A stretch of 58,123 bases of DNA, from IMG/VR virus record IMGVR_UViG_3300028025_003736, positions 1-58,123 of that record; one strand, written 5' to 3'. Shown here one piece after another: positions 19,001-29,133 of this stretch. This DNA is from a virus (Duplodnaviria; Caudoviricetes). Within the stretch, counting starts at the first letter, position 1. Every line of letters starts with the position of its first letter. The notes under the pieces were generated by a model that had not been told where the DNA came from, made no database searches, and was given only the letters and a program-made list of their open reading frames with translations. Position numbers and translations under genes: made by a program.

Positions 19001-20074
19001 AATGCTGTAAATGCATATTATCCAACGCTAATTAGGTACGGACAACAGAATATAGCAGGAACAAACCAAAATAGTTCAAATAGGTTCTACCCTGCAAATA
19101 TGGATGAATATGATAGACAAAGAGGGGATATAATGAGACTTAAAGTTAGGGGTAGTCAAATGAGGGTATTTCAAAAGGTTGGATGTGGAATGGTTGGAGT
19201 ACTTCAAAATATGCTATTCAATGCAGATGGCTCTGGAAACTTATCACAAAGCAACCAATTATTGAATAATATAAACTATTATCAAGGGGACTATGGAATA
19301 GGTAATCATCCTACAAGTCTGGTATCTTCTTCAAATTCGGACTATTTTGTTGATACAATAAGAGGATATCAGGTAAGACTTGGAGGTGATGGCCTAACTC
19401 CAATATCGGCTCTTTATAAAGCTCAATATTATATGACAAATCTTGCCACAAAGTATGCTAACCTAACATCGGGAACACTTGGTGGATACGCTAAAATACT
19501 TGGAGCTTATGATTTTAACGAGGAGGAATACGTATCTGTTTTTCAGGGATATTCTGGACAATCGAATATAACGATAGGATTTAATGAGATGTCAAATAGG
19601 TACACATCTTTTTATGACTATAACCCAGAATGGATTACTTCAGCACAGGGGAATATCATAAGCTTTAAGAATGGCCAGGTTTGGCTTCATGATACATCTG
19701 CCACATACTGCAACTATTACGGAAGTCAATATAAGCCTTCTTTGACATTTGTATTTAATGATATGCAGACTGTTAAGAAAAGGTATAATACCATAAGCAT
19801 GCTTGGAAACAGTGTATGGCTCCCAGATACAAATGGAGATATTGCCACAAATCTAGGTCAGACTTCAAGTCTTCAAACCATAGATTTCTTACAGAAAGAC
19901 GATAAATGGCATGCATCATTTAAAAGGGATTCTGCTAGTACAGGCGGATTGTACAACGGGAATGTGTTGAAGGGGAATTGGGCTCAAATTAAATTAAAGC
20001 CTACAAATGGAAATTCATTCGTAAATTTGTTTTATATAGAACTTAATATTTTAGAACCTTTTTATAATAGATAA
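16040..20074 (+). CDS. tail muzzle / nozzle (P22 gp10-like stabilisation) protein
   Basis: 1344 aa beta-rich; GTLNLD N-terminus, YQFIYRWVYDDGEKSVWS, YRYGIVYYDEKGR, YGIGNHPTS, TSFYDYNPE motifs. Confidence 0.75.
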   Translation: MKIERKQLSGTLNLDDSNDILPSTHHKEAVNVVFRGGQSGYSAQSALGNRNISNSLPGGTNMCIGTYYDQQKQRLFYFNYNSNGNHGIYIYNTIPKTIQTLFLNNTHSSSDVLGFDINNPITSVNIIYGAIYNSTNDIDGDVLYWIDSLGRPSKLNIDRKLAMVYASYKRSYIDVAKPCPSMPIQCTYENDLFVTNNNLKNALYQFIYRWVYDDGEKSVWSTGSEIPLPLFSENQAVSSDPKKNSRINLYYSTGDQTVRKVELAVRECVDGVISDYGLITSIDKSTTTTNNVVYNFLFYNNSVITPIDQTEQNLLFDYIPQKANAQELLNGNTIIYGGITEGYNIHKDNNFVTTSNTTNSFNKINGLLFFAAQGGFMSYGDSESVQVILTGYGTNNGSTNIPTTVTTAVGADFMINLRNDITGVNYYINYLSSATDSVSTILNGLASSATSQGFIASVSGNQLTISNNPPTTIPTISRWLQSAFTLSSNSESPFTSTYKTNVINASIPSSNYRYGIVYYDEKGRTNGVVTTDSLKVTTPRFNANENYPSITIDISGIPPLWASYYNLVRTENLTYNKNLSWVTRRAFFTEATFSSTTDTIVYLGIDNMIDYNSNIKSTSGYIGYDFAPGDRIRFLSKIANDGSIYEYNSGDVLDFEVIGLESDPNADGVVIPGTYIKIKYPTGFTSAMFGFYRATEYVTPPLLKENFQNYQIQIYNNKRPQGTDIYYEFGKQFSIGLPGTSNRYHVGENSSQKRGTIPGGAQPAVVYATSGDNYYRFRDIPIGARYMFTAGSYIQNGSAGGQFSTIVINVQDSTNTAQTINTGTSQYEIKSQTTPASTCTLAQSDYPNWATSDYLFYNKSGSAITVKVKGTIPVSKNAANPQYVKIHAKILTSSSVTIKTIKDRVGLNETNLQYNIDFEGRILVPALSKLFLLTECTSTSSIELIVGAFDLDFSVVKNAQIGVVEDSFSDTYKLKLNSNSRPVVYDQNAVNAYYPTLIRYGQQNIAGTNQNSSNRFYPANMDEYDRQRGDIMRLKVRGSQMRVFQKVGCGMVGVLQNMLFNADGSGNLSQSNQLLNNINYYQGDYGIGNHPTSLVSSSNSDYFVDTIRGYQVRLGGDGLTPISALYKAQYYMTNLATKYANLTSGTLGGYAKILGAYDFNEEEYVSVFQGYSGQSNITIGFNEMSNRYTSFYDYNPEWITSAQGNIISFKNGQVWLHDTSATYCNYYGSQYKPSLTFVFNDMQTVKKRYNTISMLGNSVWLPDTNGDIATNLGQTSSLQTIDFLQKDDKWHASFKRDSASTGGLYNGNVLKGNWAQIKLKPTNGNSFVNLFYIELNILEPFYNR

Positions 20075-20076
20075 CT

Positions 20077-20736
20077 ATGGGATTTGGACTAACAAGCGCG
20101 CTTCAGGCAACGGTATCAGCAGTACCTTTGTTTTTCGGAGAGAATAATATTTTCAGCGGAAAAGCTAGAAGAGCTTCAAGAAATTTAGAAAAAACTTTTA
20201 AAGCTGGACAAGCTATATCTGATGTTCCTGAAGAGATACAGAGAGTTAATCAGCAGAGACAAATGCGCCAAAATCAAGGACTTGGTAGTTCGACTCTTGG
20301 ATTATACAATAGAGAGTCACAAAGAGGAATGGCAACAGCATTTGGTCAACTTGGAAGCAAAAGGTCTGCTTTGGCTGGTGTTGGAGATATTGTTAGAGCT
20401 GGTCAAGATTCTTCTCTTAGGTTAGCAGGAATGGAAGAACAGGCAAGGCAAGGAAATCTTGCTTTAGCAGAACAAACAGCTATGAATGTAGGTCAAATGA
20501 AACAATCTTCTCAGCTAAGGAAGATGGATGAGGCAAAGCAATACTATGGAACCCAAAAAGCTGAGGCAAACGCAGCTGTTTCTAGCGCTCTAAAGGGAAT
20601 TGGTTCTGCTATAGGAGGTTCATTAGAATCAGACGCATATGCAGGAAAAGAACAGAAGGGAATTGGGGATGTATTTAAAGCTATGAAAACCAAGAAGCTA
20701 GGTAAAACTTTAGGCAAAGGCCTTACATTTGGCTAG
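20077..20736 (+). CDS. internal virion (ejection/cargo) protein
   Basis: G/A/Q-rich helical protein with hydrophobic glycine-rich ends, directly after the nozzle gene. Confidence 0.6.
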   Translation: MGFGLTSALQATVSAVPLFFGENNIFSGKARRASRNLEKTFKAGQAISDVPEEIQRVNQQRQMRQNQGLGSSTLGLYNRESQRGMATAFGQLGSKRSALAGVGDIVRAGQDSSLRLAGMEEQARQGNLALAEQTAMNVGQMKQSSQLRKMDEAKQYYGTQKAEANAAVSSALKGIGSAIGGSLESDAYAGKEQKGIGDVFKAMKTKKLGKTLGKGLTFG

Positions 20737-20769
20737 GCAAGATAATTCGCATTAAATAAAAAAATATAA

Positions 20770-22062
20770 ATGGCACAATACCAACCATCATTCGTAGACG
20801 TAAGCGGATTTTCAAAAGCTATAAGCGATGCTGCATATAAAGCCCAGGTCCTATCTATGAAACAGCAGGATGCTATGAATAAGTCTATAGACAATCAGTT
20901 CAAGACATATTCTGGGAAGCTAAGGAAACAAGATTTAGCTAAGTTTGATGCTTATTTTGGGGAGTATTCAGAGGCATTAAAGGGATACCAAAGGTACAAT
21001 AGAGTTGGTGGGAGAAGTTCTGACATAACGGCTTCTAATCAAACGGCAAATGAAAAGAAGCAGCAAATGCTAGACTTTATTGACAGGTCTACAAAACTAG
21101 GTCAAGTTCAAATAGGACTTGGAAAGTTATATAAAGATGGTGGAAAGCTCATGAATAAGAGCAAGTATAATGAGGTGTATAATAATCTTGCGGCATATGA
21201 TGCAGACCAATTGAATGAGCTGTATGGGGGTGTCGATAAGATACCTACTGATTTTGAACTAAGGAAAGAAGATATAGATACTCCTAAATATTTTTCAACA
21301 ATTAGGAGTTTTAGTAAAATTGGTAATGTTTCTAGCTCTGCTAATTCTCTTAAGCAGCCTAAAATAGACCCTAATACAAACCAACAGCTTACAAGGCCTT
21401 ACCCTATTGGTGAATTTGGACAAATAGATGTTCCTTTAGTTGAGATAAAAGTTGGGATGTCTCCGTCAGAGGCAAAAAATGCTGTATGGGCATCTTCTGT
21501 GCCAGGTTCTAAGTTCCAAGATGCTCCAGACTTATTCTTGAAAGATGTCACTGATGGCATTAACTCAAATAATCCTTCTATTCAACAGCAGTCACAAGAT
21601 TTGTTAAATAGGGCTATGGATACATATGGTATAAAAGACCCAAGTCAAATTACTGGAGTTGATATTCTTTCTCAATCAATTTTAGACCAATCTCAGCAAT
21701 CTATAGAGGTAGAAGACTGGAGTAAGGTTAAGGCTTTGGAAGGAATTGAAAAAGGAAGAAATGCTCAAGAAATATCTAAGAAAAGACTTGCTGCTATTTC
21801 AAGTGCTAAAGGTGGTGCTTCTCTTAAACAAGTGCAAGCTGTTATAAACTTAATGAAATCGATGGTTGAATCTGGATTGGTTAATGACGAAAATGCAATG
21901 AATTATGTTAATACACTACTAGATGATTTTGGCCTTAGAGTGTCACCGGAGCAAGGAGAACAATATAAAATAATGCAGGGAACTGGAAAAGTTAGAACAG
22001 CAGAGGAGATTGCCAGGGAAGCACTTAAGACTCCAAGAAAGATACCTGTACCTGCTCAATAA
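20770..22062 (+). CDS. internal virion (ejection/cargo) protein
   Basis: 430-aa helical protein in the ejectosome position. Confidence 0.55.
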   Translation: MAQYQPSFVDVSGFSKAISDAAYKAQVLSMKQQDAMNKSIDNQFKTYSGKLRKQDLAKFDAYFGEYSEALKGYQRYNRVGGRSSDITASNQTANEKKQQMLDFIDRSTKLGQVQIGLGKLYKDGGKLMNKSKYNEVYNNLAAYDADQLNELYGGVDKIPTDFELRKEDIDTPKYFSTIRSFSKIGNVSSSANSLKQPKIDPNTNQQLTRPYPIGEFGQIDVPLVEIKVGMSPSEAKNAVWASSVPGSKFQDAPDLFLKDVTDGINSNNPSIQQQSQDLLNRAMDTYGIKDPSQITGVDILSQSILDQSQQSIEVEDWSKVKALEGIEKGRNAQEISKKRLAAISSAKGGASLKQVQAVINLMKSMVESGLVNDENAMNYVNTLLDDFGLRVSPEQGEQYKIMQGTGKVRTAEEIAREALKTPRKIPVPAQ

Positions 22063-22090
22063 TTAGCCTTTAATTAATTAACTTTGAGGC

Positions 22091-25000
22091 ATGTCATTAA
22101 GCAAAACTCCAAGTAACGAAGGTCCTAAAAAGCCTACACCAGAAGAAATGTCTCGTATCACTAGATTCATGTCTAGTAGGATTGGTAAACCAAAGCCAAA
22201 GCAAGTAGACAAAGCTGCCGTTAAACAGGCTTTTGAAAAGGCTAAAGAAAAGGGTGTAGTTCCAAAAGCTCTAGAAGTTATTGCACCTATTACAGTAGCC
22301 CCAATAAAAGCTATTGATGCATCTAGGACAGCAGAGTCGGATGCACTAATTAAAGGGGATAAGGAGGCCATTAATACAGCTCTAGAAGGGTATAATGCCA
22401 ATAGGGTTCAGCAAGGATTTATTGAGGCTGATGCTTTTACAAACACTATAAATAGGATGGCGTCATTTGATGGAATAAATACTCCCACTCCAGGCTCTGG
22501 TGCATATAATCAATACAAGGATTTAATAGACTTTAAAAAAAATGATTTATCACTTAGTTCAGATGAATCCGGTAAGCCAATATTTGCCGAGAAGATGGGA
22601 CTAGCGGATTCTTATAAATCTGGATATAATGCATATAATACAGCAATAGCAAGTGGAAAGTATTATCAAGAGAATGACGACAATAAAAATACAAGATTAC
22701 TAGAGAATAAAAGAAGGGGTATTACAGCTGCACCAGAAACAAGATTTACTCAAGAGCCAAATCAGTTTATGGCTACGATTGGAGGGCTTCAGAGGCCAAT
22801 TACAGACGGAGCTGTTATAGGGATTATGACTAGTGCATATGCTTCCGCAACAGGATTTACGGGCCCTGCGTTACAAGCAGCTAGCGGTGTAGGTATGTTT
22901 GGTACTGTTGGGCAGGATATGATAAATTCAAGGTACGGCTCAACTCTTGAAGAAAACTATTTTTTGGCAAGAGAGCAAGGTATTGGTGAAAAAGAAGCAT
23001 ACGGAAAAGCTAAATCAGTTGCAGAGCAAGCAGCTCTTTATGAGACAGCCGTTCAGATACCATTCTCATTTGGTGGGGCTATATCTACAATAGGTAAAGC
23101 AAGGAATCTACCGTCTACAGCCCTAAAGGTTGCGGAGAAACTTCCTGCAATAGATAAGAGCGTAAAAACATTTGCGAGAGGTATAGCAGAGAATTTTAAG
23201 TCTGGTGTACCAATATCTGGTATTGTTGCTCTTAGTAAGGCAGCTACTGACATGAAATCAGAACAGGAAGGAATCAATATCGAGAACAATTTAGAAAGAG
23301 CTATAACTGAAGGTGGACATATGATGGCCATGCACATGGGAATACACACCTTAACATCTGCTCCTAAAGCACTTTCTTTTGTACCAAAGAGCGTAAAGGC
23401 TTTCTCAAAACAATTGCTTGCTGCAGACGAGTCCATTACAATGTCATTTATTGATATTATGGAAGGTGCTGGACTATATGAGCCAGGAACAAAAGATAAG
23501 ATAAAGAAAGATATTAAATCATTTAAGGCTGCAGATAAGAAGACTCCAGATTTTGGCGGAGACAAGGATAGAAAGACAATAGCAGCAGGACTTATTGAGA
23601 AGAGAACTAATCTTGAAAAAGAGATGGCAGGAATAGATAAAGAGTTTCACGCTCCTATTCAAGTCAAGATAGATGAAGTAAATATAAGACTTAGAAAACT
23701 AAACGAAGTATCAAATCCTTTTGAAGTAGAAGTTACTGACGAGGGAGTTCCATTAACAGCTAAAACACAACAAGATGCCACTAAAATCAGCACAGGGGAA
23801 ATCAAAGAAGTCGCTACAGAAGGCGGTGTCAGCCAATATCAGGGACCTGAAGAAAGCAAACCTATCGAAGCCGAAAAGCAAGCAGAGGCCACAACAGCAG
23901 ATACTGGCAATCGCCCTATCAGCGGCCCGGAGGAAGTAGTACAGCCTAAAGCAAATGTCAAGTTTTCTGACCAGATTAGAAGACTTAAGATTGACGAGTC
24001 TATATTGACTGGGGGAGACATGGGTGTTGCTCAGTCTAACATAGCAGGACTTCCAATAGGAATATATAATGCATCTGTTGAAGCTATTGCTATTGGTGTA
24101 GAGGCAGGAGAGACAATTGCTATAGCTGTACAGAAACAAATAAAGTCTTTAAGGGAAGGAGGATACGAGGTGGATGAAGTTAGGTTTACAAAGAATGTAA
24201 ATCTGATTGAGAAATTAAGTACAGACAAAGCAAGAGTATCCGCTGAAGCAGAAATGCAGGGAATTAATTCAGTAGACTATTCTGACCTTCAGAGGTTTGC
24301 TGTTGAGAAGTTTAATGAAAGTGAAGTGTTTAAGGACCCTGTAGAAATGGGAAAGAGGCTAAGGTCTAAGCTATCAGAGAAGATGGATACATCTAATATA
24401 TCTGATGATGTATTTGAAATGATTGGATATGATGCTGTAGTAAATGAAAAACAAGCACCATTCCTACCTGGGACAGCTAAAAGAATACCACTACCAACAG
24501 AATCATACGCCAAAGAGCAGATTCTAACTAACCCTAGAGAGGTTTTTAAGGCGATATACGGAGCTGCTGAAACACAAGCAAAGGGAGTAAAGGAAAGGCT
24601 TTCTATGGCAGCTGATGCTGTCGCAGAGGCAGTATATAAGAAAAGCGGATTAAGGATGAACCCCAAGTCTGTAACAAGGGCTATAAGGATGTTTGTTAAT
24701 GATAACATGGATATTGAAACAGCTTCAATAGCCTTTCAGGAAAACATTAATGATATTACTAGGATGGCTGAAAACTCACAGAAGTTCGGTCAACTTAAGA
24801 AAGCCATATCTGGTATAAGGGCTTCTTCAAAGAGTAAGTCTTTTGGGACAATAGGAACTAAGAAGGCTACTAAGGAAATGGATTTCATGGCTCCGTCTAA
24901 AGTTAGAGACTATGATGAGAACGGGAATGTTCTTGACACTGATACAGCTTTAAATAAATATGAGACTCTACTTGAAGACTATAGAAAGTCTATTAGTGGT

Positions 25001-28000
25001 GAATCTCCAGATGCCTTGAAGGCTAGAGAGAATCTTAGCGATTTCTTGATTCAGCAAAGGGAGTTATATGAGAATGCACAGGTTAAGAAAAGAGAGGCAA
25101 AGAAAGCCCAATATGAGGCTAAGTATGATAAGATGCTTGCAGATGGTAAGATTGCAATAAATGATGAAACGGGAAGGCCTGTAGTATCTAAAGAAGAGTT
25201 TGTTGATGGTAGCATTAATCCAAATAAAGAGAAGTCTCAGGATACAGAAAATCTTATAGGAGAAGCAGAGATGGAAGAACTTCCATCAGTTGTTGACCAA
25301 GTGAAGACAAGGCAAAAGGTTTTGCTTGATGCCATAGAAGATGGAGATGTGTCTCTAGAGCTTATCCAAGATGCTAAAGAGTTGGCTGGTATTGACGCAG
25401 ATAGAGTGTCTCCGCAGAATATTAAAAGATTTAATAATATCATTGAGGATGTTCTAAATGGGGAAGAGCCATCTTGGATTGGTCAAATAAAAACGGACAT
25501 TGAATCTAATAAGCTAAGAGAAGATACTACAAACTTAAATACGCAGATAAGGCCTATGGCCAATATCCAGAAAGCTGGATTAACGAATTGGTTTAAGAGT
25601 CTTTTAAATAAGGATTCTGTAACTGGAAAGGCATTTGATACATTGGGTATAACTAATATGCTTAGGATACTTACAATGAACGATAAGGCAACATCTCTTG
25701 TAAGGGCAATGAGTGTAGGCAATTTTGAAACAGCTGTAAGAGATGTAAATACAAAAGCAAAAGCATTTACTAAACAGCTTTCAGATGTATTTACATGGAA
25801 ATCGGCTATTGTTGGTGGTCAAAAAGTTAAGTTTACTTCAAGCAGACTTACAGAAGCAAATTCTTTTAGAATAGGTATGGTATCTGCGCTAGAGCAAGTT
25901 CAGGACTTCGCAGTCAGCGTAGACAATATGATTGAGAGTCTTATATATCATTCTAAGGTAAATGCAGATGAAGGTGGTTATGATAGTTATATTAAGAATG
26001 CAAAAGACGCACTAACTAGTCTTGGTATAGTTGATGGATTTACTAATTCTAAATATGGTGAAATTACAGGTGTTTCATTGTCTGCAGATGCATCAATAGA
26101 AAAAGTTTTAGGAATGCTAAACGACAGAGAATCTGTAGCATTAAAATTAGCAAAAGAAGGGTTTAGTAATATATCGGGAGATGTAAGACAATCTGCTAGG
26201 GATTATTATGGGGTAGACCTTGATATATCATCTCCAGATTACTTGCCAAGGATTCCTCTAGGTGGACAAAAAGATGTATTAGTAGATTTTGATAATCCGA
26301 TTTTTAGTAGTCTCCCGAATCACATAAAAAAAATGAGGGCTAGTTCTACATTTGAAAGAACTCCTAATCTTAACGCTAGGGGTGGTAATGGAGAGTACAT
26401 ACTGTATGATTTTGATTTCTTTAGGAGAATGCCTGAGAAATACCATGAGTCAGCAACAACAGCGTATACTTCTGAGTCTACATCAACAATGGCAAAGTAT
26501 TTAAGCAGTAAAGAATTTGGGGATTTTATTCAAGGTAAGTTTAATGCAGACCCTAAGAATTATGAAGTAAATAAGAGGGAGTTCATAAAACATGTTAACG
26601 AATATGTTAATATGGAGAGAAAGCCATATGTAGTAACTAAAGAGATGGCACAACAAAGAAATAGATTTACCAGGTTTGTTTATGGTAAACTTCTAAATAC
26701 TTGGGATGCTGCAGCTAAGCAGTACATTCCTGGAACAATTACACTAATGACAGAAGCTGGTGGGGTTCCATTTTTGAAGGCAAACGACCTGTATTATAAG
26801 TCTCTAAAGAGTGGGAAGAATGCTGACCTTCTTTTGCAGTTCCTTTCAAAAACAAGTCAGGTTAATAGAGTTACCTCTGGAGTTGAGGCACTAAGAACAA
26901 AAGGGGCAAACATAGACAATAGCCAATATTCTAGAGGTTTAAAAGATGTTTCAGATTATTTATCTCAAAGCTTTTTAACAGGGTCAAAGTCTCTTGAGTT
27001 TGGAGATAACATGGTTACTATTCAAGGTCTATTGGTGGGCTATATGAAAGGACTTAAGTTAAGTGGTAAGCTAAAGAATTATTCAGACTTTAATCTTGAG
27101 CAAGAATTAGAAAATGGACTTGACCAATATGCATTATCTTATGCAGAAAATTTCTTATCTTTTTTAAATAACGAATCTTCATTTGCAGGCAAGGCTAAGA
27201 TATTCAGAGAGGGAGATTTTACATATCTAAGGATGTTGCAATCATTTAATCACAACCAGACTACCAACTTCCTTATAGACTTAGGAAGGCTTACGGAATC
27301 TAAAATTGGTTCAGATGATAGCAAGCAAGCTATTAAGAGAATAGCTCAATATGCATCAAATCAAATATTATTTGGAGCTACAACATACTTCCTTGGAAAT
27401 CTTTCATTAAATACGGCTAAAACTGGAATGGATGCTTATAGTGTTATGTTTAGCGCAGACGAATCAACGGAGGAGTCTGAAAAGGACAAGACTGCCACTA
27501 GGATTGGGGTAGGGTTGTTTGCAGATGCTGCACTTGGTAGGCAAAACGTGGTTTATGCTCAAGTAGTAAAAGCTGGACTTAAAGGAAGTATAGAATACTT
27601 CCAAACAAAGAAAAGAAAGGAGATGGAAGCTATGGGATATGACGTATCTAAGACATTGTATTCAAAGGGATATTCTCCTATATTCAAAAATGATTATATA
27701 GGAGCTATTGGAACATTTACACAGGATGCGGAGAGGTACTATAATATGGTAATGAAAGACGATGAAGCAGGGGCTGGTCTTGAAGAGTCTCAAACAAATG
27801 CACTTAGAAAGGCTGCAGCAATAAAAGGGTTCTCATTGATTTTCCCTTCAAGAGATTTAGAAAGAATAGCTTCTAGTACTGAGAAAAGTATAATGAATAG
27901 AAAGCTTAATCAGATTGATTATGATGCTCAGGCTCTTTCTTGGTCAAGAAACGATGGTGGAGAAGTTCCTCCATTGCAGGTAAAAGAAGCGTCAGACTAC

Positions 28001-28543
28001 CTTGAAATGAGGAGAAATAAAGACCCAAAGAGATTTGATGATTATTTACCAAGAGTTGTAAAAAGAGCAGATGAGCTAATAGGAAAGCAGGAGATTAGGG
28101 ATATGGCTAAGGCTCAACTTGGCGAAGAGTTTAGCAGGGTTGTAACTAGCATATTTGACAATAAGGTTAAAGATAAGATGCTTGTGCTCAATAACAGATA
28201 CCCAATTGTGTATCAAAGTGTAGACACAATACCTGTTGGTCAGATAGAAAAAACTAACTCTGTTCATAACAAGCAGATTAGATTTATGCTACTAAATGGT
28301 CTATTAACAGCTGATGAATATGCATTTTCTATAGGATTTGACAAAGACGGGAATCCCAGGATAGGCATTAGCGAAGATGATTTGAACCAAGAAGTTATTA
28401 AAAGGTATGCAGATGCTATTTCTTTCCCAGGCGTAAAGAAGACCATTGAGGGCGGTAATGAACAGGTTCAATACGATGAAATACTAAAAGCATTCAAGAA
28501 ATTCTCCGCAGATAGGTATGTTTTAAAACAAAGAGTAAAATAG
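22091..28543 (+). CDS. large internal virion (ejection/cargo) protein
   Basis: 2150 aa, largely helical with G/A-rich segments; no RNA polymerase DxDxD catalytic motif seen. Confidence 0.7.
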   Translation: MSLSKTPSNEGPKKPTPEEMSRITRFMSSRIGKPKPKQVDKAAVKQAFEKAKEKGVVPKALEVIAPITVAPIKAIDASRTAESDALIKGDKEAINTALEGYNANRVQQGFIEADAFTNTINRMASFDGINTPTPGSGAYNQYKDLIDFKKNDLSLSSDESGKPIFAEKMGLADSYKSGYNAYNTAIASGKYYQENDDNKNTRLLENKRRGITAAPETRFTQEPNQFMATIGGLQRPITDGAVIGIMTSAYASATGFTGPALQAASGVGMFGTVGQDMINSRYGSTLEENYFLAREQGIGEKEAYGKAKSVAEQAALYETAVQIPFSFGGAISTIGKARNLPSTALKVAEKLPAIDKSVKTFARGIAENFKSGVPISGIVALSKAATDMKSEQEGINIENNLERAITEGGHMMAMHMGIHTLTSAPKALSFVPKSVKAFSKQLLAADESITMSFIDIMEGAGLYEPGTKDKIKKDIKSFKAADKKTPDFGGDKDRKTIAAGLIEKRTNLEKEMAGIDKEFHAPIQVKIDEVNIRLRKLNEVSNPFEVEVTDEGVPLTAKTQQDATKISTGEIKEVATEGGVSQYQGPEESKPIEAEKQAEATTADTGNRPISGPEEVVQPKANVKFSDQIRRLKIDESILTGGDMGVAQSNIAGLPIGIYNASVEAIAIGVEAGETIAIAVQKQIKSLREGGYEVDEVRFTKNVNLIEKLSTDKARVSAEAEMQGINSVDYSDLQRFAVEKFNESEVFKDPVEMGKRLRSKLSEKMDTSNISDDVFEMIGYDAVVNEKQAPFLPGTAKRIPLPTESYAKEQILTNPREVFKAIYGAAETQAKGVKERLSMAADAVAEAVYKKSGLRMNPKSVTRAIRMFVNDNMDIETASIAFQENINDITRMAENSQKFGQLKKAISGIRASSKSKSFGTIGTKKATKEMDFMAPSKVRDYDENGNVLDTDTALNKYETLLEDYRKSISGESPDALKARENLSDFLIQQRELYENAQVKKREAKKAQYEAKYDKMLADGKIAINDETGRPVVSKEEFVDGSINPNKEKSQDTENLIGEAEMEELPSVVDQVKTRQKVLLDAIEDGDVSLELIQDAKELAGIDADRVSPQNIKRFNNIIEDVLNGEEPSWIGQIKTDIESNKLREDTTNLNTQIRPMANIQKAGLTNWFKSLLNKDSVTGKAFDTLGITNMLRILTMNDKATSLVRAMSVGNFETAVRDVNTKAKAFTKQLSDVFTWKSAIVGGQKVKFTSSRLTEANSFRIGMVSALEQVQDFAVSVDNMIESLIYHSKVNADEGGYDSYIKNAKDALTSLGIVDGFTNSKYGEITGVSLSADASIEKVLGMLNDRESVALKLAKEGFSNISGDVRQSARDYYGVDLDISSPDYLPRIPLGGQKDVLVDFDNPIFSSLPNHIKKMRASSTFERTPNLNARGGNGEYILYDFDFFRRMPEKYHESATTAYTSESTSTMAKYLSSKEFGDFIQGKFNADPKNYEVNKREFIKHVNEYVNMERKPYVVTKEMAQQRNRFTRFVYGKLLNTWDAAAKQYIPGTITLMTEAGGVPFLKANDLYYKSLKSGKNADLLLQFLSKTSQVNRVTSGVEALRTKGANIDNSQYSRGLKDVSDYLSQSFLTGSKSLEFGDNMVTIQGLLVGYMKGLKLSGKLKNYSDFNLEQELENGLDQYALSYAENFLSFLNNESSFAGKAKIFREGDFTYLRMLQSFNHNQTTNFLIDLGRLTESKIGSDDSKQAIKRIAQYASNQILFGATTYFLGNLSLNTAKTGMDAYSVMFSADESTEESEKDKTATRIGVGLFADAALGRQNVVYAQVVKAGLKGSIEYFQTKKRKEMEAMGYDVSKTLYSKGYSPIFKNDYIGAIGTFTQDAERYYNMVMKDDEAGAGLEESQTNALRKAAAIKGFSLIFPSRDLERIASSTEKSIMNRKLNQIDYDAQALSWSRNDGGEVPPLQVKEASDYLEMRRNKDPKRFDDYLPRVVKRADELIGKQEIRDMAKAQLGEEFSRVVTSIFDNKVKDKMLVLNNRYPIVYQSVDTIPVGQIEKTNSVHNKQIRFMLLNGLLTADEYAFSIGFDKDGNPRIGISEDDLNQEVIKRYADAISFPGVKKTIEGGNEQVQYDEILKAFKKFSADRYVLKQRVK
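23775..23939 (+). CDS. nested +1-frame 54-aa basic protein
   Basis: MPLKSAQGKSKKSLQKAVSANIRDLKKANLSKPKSKQRPQQQILAIALSAARRK; A-rich leader before ATG; resembles small phage proteins of the MPLKKGKS...NI.EL...QAVAIALS.AR type. Confidence 0.7.
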   Translation: MPLKSAQGKSKKSLQKAVSANIRDLKKANLSKPKSKQRPQQQILAIALSAARRK

Positions 28544-28577
28544 AGGTTTTTGGGTATATTTGCATAAATAGAATATT

Positions 28578-29132
28578 ATGCCTTTTACTACAGCATTCAC
28601 TGTTACCCAAGGCGGAGATTGTTCACAGTTTCAAATAAATGATACCTCTACATACAATATAGAGGGAACAGGAACATTCACTGCTAGAAAGGTAACAATC
28701 CAAAAATCAGACGGTACATTTCTCAAGGTTGGTAGCACTACTTATAATGAATATGTATGGCCATTTGCAAGCGGAAATACTCTAACACTTAGTGGAGTAG
28801 ACGTAAACAATGTACCATATATACCTCAAGACTACTCATTCTTGATAACACTCGCTTTAACTTCTTCTTCTCCACAAGGGGGGAGCATTTATAGCAAGCA
28901 AAATACAGCTGTATTGACTTGTTATACAATGAGTGGATTTTATAGTTTTTCAAACAAGATGGCAATAAATCCTTCTCTTGAAAAAGACTATAAGTTTGTT
29001 AAGGATGTGATGAGGCTTTGGATAGAGCAAGAATCTGCAAAGAACTCTGGTATAGATGGTGACTTTCAAAGTTCACAATCGGCTCTAAATAGGGCTAAAT
29101 TCATTATTGACAATCTAACAGTGGGTTACTAA
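28578..29132 (+). CDS. tail hub / fibre attachment protein
   Basis: Beta-rich N-domain with helical C-terminus, immediately before the fibre gene. Confidence 0.5.
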   Translation: MPFTTAFTVTQGGDCSQFQINDTSTYNIEGTGTFTARKVTIQKSDGTFLKVGSTTYNEYVWPFASGNTLTLSGVDVNNVPYIPQDYSFLITLALTSSSPQGGSIYSKQNTAVLTCYTMSGFYSFSNKMAINPSLEKDYKFVKDVMRLWIEQESAKNSGIDGDFQSSQSALNRAKFIIDNLTVGY

Positions 29133-29133
29133 T

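Noticed and set aside
26395-26430. YDFDFF in the 2150-aa protein as a crAss-type virion RNA polymerase active site
   Set aside because: The catalytic motif needs three aspartates (DxDxD); only two are present and no other polymerase motifs are evident
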